Assembly: GCA_017502135.1 (NCBI GenBank)
Contig: JAFVVP010000004.1
Location: forward strand, 47,923 to 111,922
Origin: Clostridia bacterium
GTDB lineage: Bacteria; Bacillota; Clostridia; Oscillospirales; CAG-272
Direction of reading: 5' to 3'
DNA: 64,000 nt
The translations under genes were made by a program, and so were the position numbers. Numbering within the stretch: the first letter of the stretch is position 1; the number at the start of each line of letters is the position of its first letter. Below, piece after piece: positions 56,272 through 64,000 of the stretch. A model generated the notes under the pieces. The model did not search any database. It was not told the DNA's origin and saw only the letters and a list, made by a program, of their open reading frames with translations.

Positions 56272-57876
56272 TTAAATATTTTCCTGTTTTGTGTAGTTTG
56301 GCAGGAGTTTCGGGGAAACGGTTTCCGTTTTGATTCCCGCATCGGCGAGCATCGCTTCAAATTTTGCAATATGATCGAGCGTGAGCTTGCCGACGGTGGT
56401 CTCTTTAGCGACAGCGGCTGCGTGCTGACCTGCATTTCTGCCGAAAACAATAATGTCAAGAAGGCTATTGCCCATCAGTCTGTTTTTGCCGTGAATGCCG
56501 CCAACGGCTTCGCCTGCGACAAAGAGGTTCTTCACGTTTGTGGTTTCGCCGTTAACTTTAATGTCGAGACCGCCGTTCTGGTAGTGCAGGGTAGGATAAA
56601 TGAGAATCGGTTCCTTGCGGATATCAATGCCGTATTTACCGAACATACGCATCATCGCGGGAATTCTCTTTTCGATCGTGCCTTCACCGCCGATTTTTTC
56701 AATCATAGGTGTGTCGAGCCATACAGCCTGACCGTTTCCTGTATCGACGCCGTTACCGCGCTCAGAGCATTCGCGGATGACGGAGGCAGCGGTAACATCG
56801 CGGGTTTCCAAGGGGTGCATAAATACTTCGCCATTTTTATTGACGAGTTTAGCACCGAGGGAACGGACCTTTTCGGTTACGAGCGCGCCGAAAATCTGTG
56901 TGGGATAGGCAGCGCCGGTGGGGTGATACTGAAGTGTTTCCGCATAGAGAAGTTTTGCGCCCGCGCGGTAGCCGAGAACAAGGCCGTCAGCGGTTGCACC
57001 GTAGTGGTTAGAGGTTGGGAAGCCCTGGTAGTGCATACGACCTGCGCCACCGGTTGCGATAATGACGGTTTTTGCCTTCGCAACGAGGAGTTCCTTTGTC
57101 TCCATATTCATAAGAACCGCCCCGGCTGCCGCACCGTTTTCATCGAGAATAAGCTCGATTGCCGCCGTGAAGTCAACAACGGTGATGCCGCGGTTGAGAA
57201 CTTCATCGCGGAGGGTTCTCATAATTTCGGCACCGGAGTAGTCCTTTGCCGCATGCATACGCTTGCGGGACGTACCGCCGCCGTGTGTTGTGATCATGGT
57301 GCCGTCCGGTTCCTTGTCAAACTCTACGCCCAGTTCAGACAGCCACCGGATCGCCTCGGGGGCGTCGCACACCAGTTTTGCAAGCAGATCACGCTTTGCG
57401 GAAAAGTGGCCGCCGCCGAATGCGTCGACAAAGTGGATCGCGGGTGAGTCGTTGGGCTTATCAGCCGCCTGAATACCGCCCTCTGCCATCATTGTGTTGG
57501 CATCACCCATACGAAGTTTGGTAACAATCATAACGTCAGCGCCTGCTTCATGTGCTTCGATAGCCGCGGCGGTACCCGCACCGCCGCCGCCGATGATGAG
57601 CACGTCGGTTTCGTAATCGGGTGCGGAGAGGTTTACGCTGTCTGCAGTGATGCGGCTGTGTGCCTGGAGCGTCGCCGCAAGTTCTTTCGGAACCTTTTCT
57701 CCTTTGTTAGGACCTACTGTGAGCGTTTCGAACTCATCCGTTTTATAGTCGGGATGGAAAGTGGACAGCACTTGCTCCTTTTGCTCGGCGGTCATGCGGG
57801 CCGGCTCGAACGCAATATTCTTTTCTCTTGCGGCTTCTACAAGCGCGAGAGATTCCTTAAACTGTTCAGAATACAT
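56272..57876 (-). CDS. Soluble fumarate reductase/succinate dehydrogenase-like flavoprotein subunit
   Basis: GGGGAG, ANTMMAEGG, QYHPT, TEKVR, TRD, HYQNGG, HGKNRLMGNSL. Confidence 0.88.
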   Translation of the reverse strand: MYSEQFKESLALVEAAREKNIAFEPARMTAEQKEQVLSTFHPDYKTDEFETLTVGPNKGEKVPKELAATLQAHSRITADSVNLSAPDYETDVLIIGGGGAGTAAAIEAHEAGADVMIVTKLRMGDANTMMAEGGIQAADKPNDSPAIHFVDAFGGGHFSAKRDLLAKLVCDAPEAIRWLSELGVEFDKEPDGTMITTHGGGTSRKRMHAAKDYSGAEIMRTLRDEVLNRGITVVDFTAAIELILDENGAAAGAVLMNMETKELLVAKAKTVIIATGGAGRMHYQGFPTSNHYGATADGLVLGYRAGAKLLYAETLQYHPTGAAYPTQIFGALVTEKVRSLGAKLVNKNGEVFMHPLETRDVTAASVIRECSERGNGVDTGNGQAVWLDTPMIEKIGGEGTIEKRIPAMMRMFGKYGIDIRKEPILIYPTLHYQNGGLDIKVNGETTNVKNLFVAGEAVGGIHGKNRLMGNSLLDIIVFGRNAGQHAAAVAKETTVGKLTLDHIAKFEAMLADAGIKTETVSPKLLPNYTKQENI

Positions 57877-57889
57877 GGTGCTGTCCTCC

Positions 57890-58570
57890 TTATTTCTCAA
57901 TCTCACGTGTGTTGTAAAGCTCTTTCATTTCGTCGATCTGCTTTTCCATGAGAGCCTCAATGAGTTCGGTAAACGTGCCGTCGTTGATCTCTCGTACGCG
58001 GTCTTCCAGGTGATCGCAGCCGGGCGCGAGATACTTGCCGTTGATACGGCGAGCAAGCATTGCCACCTGCGGGTGGGAAATGCCCGCGGGGCAACGGGAG
58101 GAGCACACGCCGCACATTACGCAGTCAAACGATTCCTCCGCGCATGCAGCGAAATCACCGCGCTGTGCGTATGCGATGTACTGCATAACGTTCAACTCCT
58201 GGGTGCACGCTTTCGTGCAGGCATTACATCCTACACAAGCGTAAATTTCGGGGTAAAGCTGCATCATGACAGCCTCGGTGGGCGTGATCTTCTCCATGTC
58301 GTAAACCTGCTTGATAAGGGGGAAGAAGGGAAGTGTTGCAATGTACATGCCGTCTTCCACCTTGGTCTGGCAGGCGAGGCAAGCCTTCAATTCATGCTGA
58401 CCCTTGATGCGGTACAGCGTTGCACAGGCACCGCAGAAACCGTTTCTGCATCCGCATCCGCGAACGAGTTGATAGCCTGCGTATTCCATCGCCGTCATAA
58501 TCGTCAGCTCGGCGGGAACCTCATATTTTTTGCCGAAAAGGAATATATTTACAGTATTTTCCATATTCAT
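57890..58570 (-). CDS. 2Fe-2S/4Fe-4S protein (SdhB/FrdB-like partner)
   Basis: CRNGFCGAC...C plus two 4Fe-4S-type motifs. Confidence 0.85.
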   Translation of the reverse strand: MNMENTVNIFLFGKKYEVPAELTIMTAMEYAGYQLVRGCGCRNGFCGACATLYRIKGQHELKACLACQTKVEDGMYIATLPFFPLIKQVYDMEKITPTEAVMMQLYPEIYACVGCNACTKACTQELNVMQYIAYAQRGDFAACAEESFDCVMCGVCSSRCPAGISHPQVAMLARRINGKYLAPGCDHLEDRVREINDGTFTELIEALMEKQIDEMKELYNTREIEK

Positions 58571-58580
58571 TCACCGTCCA

Positions 58581-59414
58581 TCAATATTCATCCGGAAGCT
58601 CATCCAGTTCATCACAGCGGAAGACCGGACCGTCCTTGCATACGTACTTTGCGCCAACGTTGCAACGTCCGCATTTGCCGACGCCGCACTTCATGCGCAG
58701 TTCCAGGGTCGTGTAGACCTGTGTTTTGTCAAATCCGAGTTCCGATAGCCCGTCAAGTGTGAATTTGATCATGATCGGCGGTCCGCAAAGAACTGCCATT
58801 TTATTTGTATCAAATCCGAGTTCCTTGACATAATTCGGCACGAATCCGACATGCCCGTCCCAACCCTCTTGTTCGCGGTCAATGGTTAGGTGAACGTGCA
58901 CGTTTTCATCGTTCTGCCATTCTTCGATAATTTCACGGTAATCCAGAAGATCGTCCTTGGAGCGGGATCCGTATACGATATCGATACGGCCGTATCTGTC
59001 GCGGTAGTGACGGCAATAGTTGATAACGGAGCGCAGAGGTGCAAGGCCGACACCGCCGGCGATGAACAGCATATCGTGACCGGCAAATACGTCGTCAACG
59101 GGGAACGGCTTTCCGTACGGACCGCGGACGGTGATCATCTGACCTTCCTCGGCGGCATGAAGCCATTCGGTAACGCAGCCGCATTTTTTGATAGAGAATT
59201 CCATATACTCCGTATTCGTGGGAGAGGAGGTAATGGAAAACATTGCCTCGCCGATTCCGGGAACGGACAGCATAGCACACTGTCCGGGGCGGTGATCAAA
59301 CGGCTTTTTGCCGTCCGGCGTAACAACGCGGAAGGTTTTGATGTCCGGGGTATCAATGCGCACGTCGGTGATTACACCCAGGATGGGAATTAAAGTTTCA
59401 TTCATGTCAGTCAT
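58581..59414 (-). CDS. flxA: FAD/NAD-binding subunit FlxA (AsrB-like)
   Basis: PGQ, RGPYG, AGGVGLAP, CGPP, MKCGVGKCGRC. Confidence 0.8.
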   Translation of the reverse strand: MTDMNETLIPILGVITDVRIDTPDIKTFRVVTPDGKKPFDHRPGQCAMLSVPGIGEAMFSITSSPTNTEYMEFSIKKCGCVTEWLHAAEEGQMITVRGPYGKPFPVDDVFAGHDMLFIAGGVGLAPLRSVINYCRHYRDRYGRIDIVYGSRSKDDLLDYREIIEEWQNDENVHVHLTIDREQEGWDGHVGFVPNYVKELGFDTNKMAVLCGPPIMIKFTLDGLSELGFDKTQVYTTLELRMKCGVGKCGRCNVGAKYVCKDGPVFRCDELDELPDEY

Positions 59415-60432
59415 CGGTATCCACCTCCAGCGCTTTCATAACCTTGACGATATTCATAGAGATCGGACACTTGGCAAGGCATCTGCCGCAGCCGACACAA
59501 GAGAATATTCCGTCGTTGTTTTCGGGAAAGTACACAAGTTTGTGCATGAATCGCTGACGGAAGCGCTCCTTCTGCGAGTTGCGGTTGTTGCCGTGTGCCA
59601 TTTTCGTGAATTCCGAGTACATGCAGGAGTCCCAGCAGCGATAACGTACTACGCCGTTGTTCGTCTTGAAATCGCGGATATCATAGCATTGGCAAGTGGG
59701 GCAAACGAAGGTGCAGGTGCCGCAGCCGAGACAACTCTCAGACAGCTTTTCCCACTGGGGGGAATGGAAGAACTGTTCGGTTTTACTGCCGCCGAATGCA
59801 TTGGCTTCCAGATCGGCAAGCGGCAGGCGCTTCATAACCTTGCGGTTTTTTTCCTTTTGCGCACTTACTGCGGAATCATCACATGCTTCGGTGAGATCGG
59901 CAATCAGTTTCGTGAAGGCTTGGCCGCGCTCGGTATTGGCATGCAGATATAGCGCGTCGTCCGTGAGCCATGCGCTGACGTCGCCCATGGGCTCTGCGGC
60001 GTCAATGCCGAAAGTTCCGCAGAAGCAATTTTCCGTCGGGCGATTGCAAGCAAGCGAAATAATGACTCCGTGCTCACGGCGCGAAGCGTAATAGCTGTCG
60101 CGGGGCTCGGTGAGAAAGACGCGGTCAAGAATCTCCAGACTTTTTACATCACACGCACGTACGCCAAAGACGGCAAAGTCCTCGGTTTCAGTTCTCGTGT
60201 CAATGACTTCAATTTTTTTACCTTCGGTCTTGAATGCCATCAAGTCTTCACTCTGCGGAAAGAAGAGATCCTTGGGACCTTTTACGGTATTCGAGGCGTT
60301 GCTCCATACCGTGCCCGGCTGCCATTTTTTGAAAACGGCACCGTTTTTATCCTCCGTCGGGAGATAGAGCGGCATAGAGGCAGAAACGATCTCAAAAAGT
60401 TTATCGATGTTCGAGAGAGTACATTTAAGCAC
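59407..60432 (-). CDS. flxB: 4Fe-4S subunit FlxB (AsrA-like)
   Basis: GVRACD, CFC, CLGCGTCTFVCPTCQC, CVGCGRCLAKCP. Confidence 0.78.
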   Translation of the reverse strand: MLKCTLSNIDKLFEIVSASMPLYLPTEDKNGAVFKKWQPGTVWSNASNTVKGPKDLFFPQSEDLMAFKTEGKKIEVIDTRTETEDFAVFGVRACDVKSLEILDRVFLTEPRDSYYASRREHGVIISLACNRPTENCFCGTFGIDAAEPMGDVSAWLTDDALYLHANTERGQAFTKLIADLTEACDDSAVSAQKEKNRKVMKRLPLADLEANAFGGSKTEQFFHSPQWEKLSESCLGCGTCTFVCPTCQCYDIRDFKTNNGVVRYRCWDSCMYSEFTKMAHGNNRNSQKERFRQRFMHKLVYFPENNDGIFSCVGCGRCLAKCPISMNIVKVMKALEVDTDD

Positions 60433-61423
60433 GATCGAAGCCTCCTTTCACAACGTCAGAGGGCTCGGGATCATCCAGACTGAAGTTAACAAGCGGTGCA
60501 CGCTGATTGTCGTATTCGCCTGCCTGGTACTCTCCGTACGTTTCATTCATATCTTTGATGAACTTACGGTTCAACAGGTGAAGCGGGATGTTCTGCGGGC
60601 ATACGCGTGAGCATTCGCCGCAGTCCGTGCATCTGCCCGCTACGTGGTACGCGCGGATGATGTGGAACAGCTTTTCTTCAAATTCTCCGCCGGGTGCTTT
60701 GCTCTGTACGCCGGAGTTCGGATTGTCAAATACGCACTTTTCGCAGGTGCAAGCAGGACATGCATCGCGGCAAGCATTACAGCGGATGCAGCGGGAGAGT
60801 TCGTTCTGCCAGAAAGCAAAACGTTCGTCTGCACTCAGCGCTTCAATCTTTTCAACTTCGTCAAAACGGTTGGAGGTGAGAACCTCGCCCTCGTCTCCGA
60901 TAAGCTCGTCGTATGCAACGTGTTTCTTTGATTTGCAGTTGAGACAGCGTTCCGTGAGAACCTCGGCGCAGCTTACCGATATCGGTTCGTCATCATAGAG
61001 CGTATGAACGAGAAGGGAATTCTCGCACGCTTCGATTGCCGTGATACCTTCACCGACGATCTTGCGGATTTTTTGAATATCTGCCATGCCACTGCAAGGT
61101 ATGCCGATCGCGTACACCTTTTCGCGGTCGAAGCGATGCTCAGAAAGGAGCTGGTTGAAACTGTATGTATCACAGGGCTTCAAAAATACAAGAATCTTAC
61201 CGTCGATCTCGCGGGTTTTCTTGAGAAGATATTTTGAAAGGTTCGCTCCGGAGAAATCGTTGTAGATAAAGCCTTCGGTCAGTTCCTCGGCGGCTGTGAA
61301 GACTGCGGGTGTCAGATCGTAGTCAAATTCGCCGCGTTTCCAGCCGAGAACAGCGGCAACGGTGCCTTCGCCGAGCAGGGATGCTGCGCGCTCGCACAAT
61401 GATTTGGTTGTTACTGTTTGCAT
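60425..61423 (-). CDS. 4Fe-4S dicluster subunit (FlxC/D-like)
   Basis: KPCD, CIRCNACRDACPACTC, HVAGRCTDCGECSRVCP. Confidence 0.78.
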   Translation of the reverse strand: MQTVTTKSLCERAASLLGEGTVAAVLGWKRGEFDYDLTPAVFTAAEELTEGFIYNDFSGANLSKYLLKKTREIDGKILVFLKPCDTYSFNQLLSEHRFDREKVYAIGIPCSGMADIQKIRKIVGEGITAIEACENSLLVHTLYDDEPISVSCAEVLTERCLNCKSKKHVAYDELIGDEGEVLTSNRFDEVEKIEALSADERFAFWQNELSRCIRCNACRDACPACTCEKCVFDNPNSGVQSKAPGGEFEEKLFHIIRAYHVAGRCTDCGECSRVCPQNIPLHLLNRKFIKDMNETYGEYQAGEYDNQRAPLVNFSLDDPEPSDVVKGGFDRA

Positions 61424-61848
61424 CGCAGATCCTCCAATCTTTTGTTCGGGCCAAGCGCCGTAACTTTTTCTACAAACTCGTTCATCGTAGCGGCAAATTT
61501 CGCACCTTCGGCGGCGGATACCCACTCAACACGCGTGCGGTCACGCTCAATGCCAAGAAAATCAAGCATCGAGAAGAGCATCGACATACGGCGGCGGGTG
61601 TAGTAGTTGCCGGTGGAATAGTGGCAGTCGCCCGGATGACATCCGCAAAGGATTACGCCGTCCGCGCCGCGCTGAAATGCGCGAAGGATAAACATAGGAT
61701 TGACACGACAGGAGCAGGGTACGCGAATGATTTTTACGTCAGCCGGGTATGCGAGGCGATTGCTTCCTGCAAGGTCTGCACCGGCGTATGAGCACCAGTT
61801 GCAGCAGAATGCAACGATAACGGGCTTGAATTCTTTTACATCTTGCAT
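61411..61848 (-). CDS. mvhD: MvhD-like [2Fe-2S] subunit
   Basis: FCCNWCSYAGAD, RVPCSCR, GCHPGDCHY, WVSAAEG. Confidence 0.92.
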   Translation of the reverse strand: MQDVKEFKPVIVAFCCNWCSYAGADLAGSNRLAYPADVKIIRVPCSCRVNPMFILRAFQRGADGVILCGCHPGDCHYSTGNYYTRRRMSMLFSMLDFLGIERDRTRVEWVSAAEGAKFAATMNEFVEKVTALGPNKRLEDLRCKQ

Positions 61849-63833
61849 ATTGCATCCACCTCCGCCATGATTTGATTGTTTTTAAATCCGTTCAGATCCA
61901 TTGCACCGGACGGGCAGGCAACCGTACAAGCACCGCATCCCTGACAAACTGCAGGATTGACCGAGGCAACACGTCGGAGCTTTGTCGTGCGGTCAGGCAT
62001 TCTGAATTCTTTTTCTTCATAAGTGATAGCGCCGTACGGACAGACGCGTTCACAGCTTGAACAGCCGTTGCACATCAGCTCATTAGACTGTGCGATGCAC
62101 GGGTTACCGGTCAGATGATCCTTAACAAGAAGACCGATGACTTTAGAAGCCGCGGCACTTGCCTGGGATACCGTTTCGGGAATATCCTTCGGGCCCTGGC
62201 AGCAGCCGGAAAGGAATACGCCGGCAGTGGGGGATTCCACGGGACGTAGTTTCGGGTGCGCTTCGGTGAAGAAATCGTTTGTGTCCATAGAAGCTGTCAG
62301 CATGGTAGCCAGCGGTCGGGCGGACTTGTCCGGCTCGATTGCCGCCGCGAGAACGACGAGATCGGCGTCGATGTGAAGCTGCTTTCCGTTTATGAGATCG
62401 GATGCCTGTACCAGCAGCTTTTTACCCTCCGGAACGACCTTCCCCACCATACCTTTGATGTAATGCACGCCGTACTCTTCCACCGCGCGGCGGTAGAATT
62501 CGTCAAACGCCTTACCGGGGGTACGTACGTCAATATAGAACACGTAAACGTCGGTATCGGGGTATTTATCACGGATAAGCATTGCGTGCTTTGCCGTGTA
62601 CATACAGCAGATTTTTGAGCAGTATTCTTTGCCTTTTTCGGCGCAGTTTTCGCATCTGGAGCCGACACACTGTACGAAAACGATCTTATGCGGATGCTCA
62701 CCGTCGGAAGGGCGGAGCAGTTTTCCGGAAGTAGGGCCTGCCGCATTGGTGAGACGTTCGAACTCAAGAGAGGTAATGACGTCCTTTGACTGGCTGTACG
62801 CGAACTCGTCGAACTTCTCCATGGAGATGGGGTTGTAGCCGGTTGCAACGACGATCGCACCGTATTTTTCCTTTACAAACTCGTCTTTTGCATTGTAATC
62901 GATGGCGCCGGCGGTGCACACCTTGGCACATACACCGCACTTGCCGGTTTTCAGCATAGTGCAGTAATCGGCATCAATGGTTGCGACCTTCGGTACGGCC
63001 TGCGCAAACGGAATATAAATAGCGCGGCGGTTGTCCATACCGAGATTGAATTCGTTGGGGACTTTCTTCTGCGGGCACTTTTCCGTACAGAGTCCGCATC
63101 CGGTACAAATATCTTCCTTTACGTAACGTGCCTTGCGCTTGATGGTAACGTCGAAGTTACCAACGTAACCGCCGACCTCCGTTACTTCGCTGTAAGAATA
63201 GATGCGGATATTTTCGTTTTGTGCCGCATCGACCATTTTCGGAGTGAGAATACACGCGGCGCAGTCGAGCGTAGGGAAAGTCTTATCCAGCTGCGCCATC
63301 TTGCCGCCGATAGTGGGCTTTTTTTCTACGATATCAACGGGGAAACCTGCATCGGCAATATCGAGCGCGGTCTGAATACCCGCAATACCGCCGCCGATCA
63401 CGAGCGCGCGCTTGGTGACGGTTGATTGACCGGGAGTAAGCGGGGCGTTGAGGTTTACCTTAGCCACGGCTGCTTTGCCGAGGATAATAGCTTTTTCCGT
63501 GCCGGAAAGCATATCCTTATGTATCCAGGAGCATTGCTCGCGGATGTTGGCGATCTCCACCATGTACGGATTGAGTCCGGCGGCCGCCGCTGTTTTACGG
63601 AAGGTTGCTTCGTGCATACGGGGTGAGCAGGAGCAGACAACGATGCCGGTCAAAGAATGTTCGTGGATCGCATTTTTGATAATATCCTGACCCGCCTGGG
63701 AGCACATATACTGATAATCGGTGGAAAAGACCACACCGGATTCCGTTTTGAGTGCTTCTGCAACGGCGTGAACATCTACGGTGCCCGCAATATTCGAGCC
63801 GCACCAGCATACAAATACGCCAATTCTTTGCAT
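61836..63833 (-). CDS. hdrA: Heterodisulfide reductase subunit A
   Basis: GVFVCWCGSNI, CSPRMHE, NIREQCSW, GGGIAG, KTFPTLDC, QCVGSR, CSKICCMY. Confidence 0.96.
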   Translation of the reverse strand: MQRIGVFVCWCGSNIAGTVDVHAVAEALKTESGVVFSTDYQYMCSQAGQDIIKNAIHEHSLTGIVVCSCSPRMHEATFRKTAAAAGLNPYMVEIANIREQCSWIHKDMLSGTEKAIILGKAAVAKVNLNAPLTPGQSTVTKRALVIGGGIAGIQTALDIADAGFPVDIVEKKPTIGGKMAQLDKTFPTLDCAACILTPKMVDAAQNENIRIYSYSEVTEVGGYVGNFDVTIKRKARYVKEDICTGCGLCTEKCPQKKVPNEFNLGMDNRRAIYIPFAQAVPKVATIDADYCTMLKTGKCGVCAKVCTAGAIDYNAKDEFVKEKYGAIVVATGYNPISMEKFDEFAYSQSKDVITSLEFERLTNAAGPTSGKLLRPSDGEHPHKIVFVQCVGSRCENCAEKGKEYCSKICCMYTAKHAMLIRDKYPDTDVYVFYIDVRTPGKAFDEFYRRAVEEYGVHYIKGMVGKVVPEGKKLLVQASDLINGKQLHIDADLVVLAAAIEPDKSARPLATMLTASMDTNDFFTEAHPKLRPVESPTAGVFLSGCCQGPKDIPETVSQASAAASKVIGLLVKDHLTGNPCIAQSNELMCNGCSSCERVCPYGAITYEEKEFRMPDRTTKLRRVASVNPAVCQGCGACTVACPSGAMDLNGFKNNQIMAEVDAICKM

Positions 63834-63848
63834 GTATCTTCTCCTCTC

Positions 63849-64000
63849 TTATTTCGTGTATTTCCGGAATGCGCTGACGAGCAACTGTCCTGGCGTGTTA
63901 TCATCAAGCATCTGGGGAACGTCATCGGCAGTCATGCGGTTAGCCCCCTGCTTACGGATCGCGGTAAGACGAACTGCTTCAATGAGTTTGGCAGGCTCTA
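63849..64000 (-). CDS. hdrC: Probable HdrC C-terminus (gene runs off window end)
   Basis: Manual translation EPAKLIEAVRLTAIRKQG...PGQLLVSAFRKYTK* directly upstream of hdrA. Confidence 0.6.
   Translation of the reverse strand, partial: EPAKLIEAVRLTAIRKQGANRMTADDVPQMLDDNTPGQLLVSAFRKYTK

Noticed and set aside
58581-60432. Anaerobic sulfite reductase AsrAB or a NiFe hydrogenase
   Set aside because: No AsrC (siroheme) or hydrogenase large subunit in the window; the context with hdrA/mvhD fits Flx.
61411-63833. Selenocysteine recoding in MvhD/HdrA
   Set aside because: The relevant positions are Cys codons and there is no in-frame TGA.

Overview
Core chromosomal segment of a spore-forming, anaerobic Clostridia-type bacterium (Bacillota; inferred from the sporulation genes ylbJ, yqfC/yqfD, spoIIQ-like and cotJC, and from Rnf and Re-citrate synthase). 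It carries housekeeping operons (prfB, phoH-ybeY-era-recO-mutS2, prs-argS-yebC, miaB-ylbF-mutS-mutL-tgt-nagA), an rnfCDGEAB cluster extended by flavinylation/EET-like genes, the oxidative TCA branch, and an Hdr-Mvh-Flx cluster joined to a soluble fumarate-reductase-like pair and an AAE transporter. The most striking feature is absent from the ORF track. An intact but start-less 3' part of the spore-coat Mn-catalase gene cotJC (17470-17673, minus strand) begins 19 bp after the stop of an intact large serine recombinase. The recombinase is translationally coupled to a 47-aa ORF behind a sigmaE/sigmaK-like promoter. No phage or ICE cargo and no 5' part of cotJC are visible anywhere in the 64 kb, which suggests a sporulation-programmed, long-range chromosomal rearrangement that reassembles cotJC. 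No rRNA, tRNA or CRISPR array was recognised. All family assignments come from motif recognition by eye, not from database searches.
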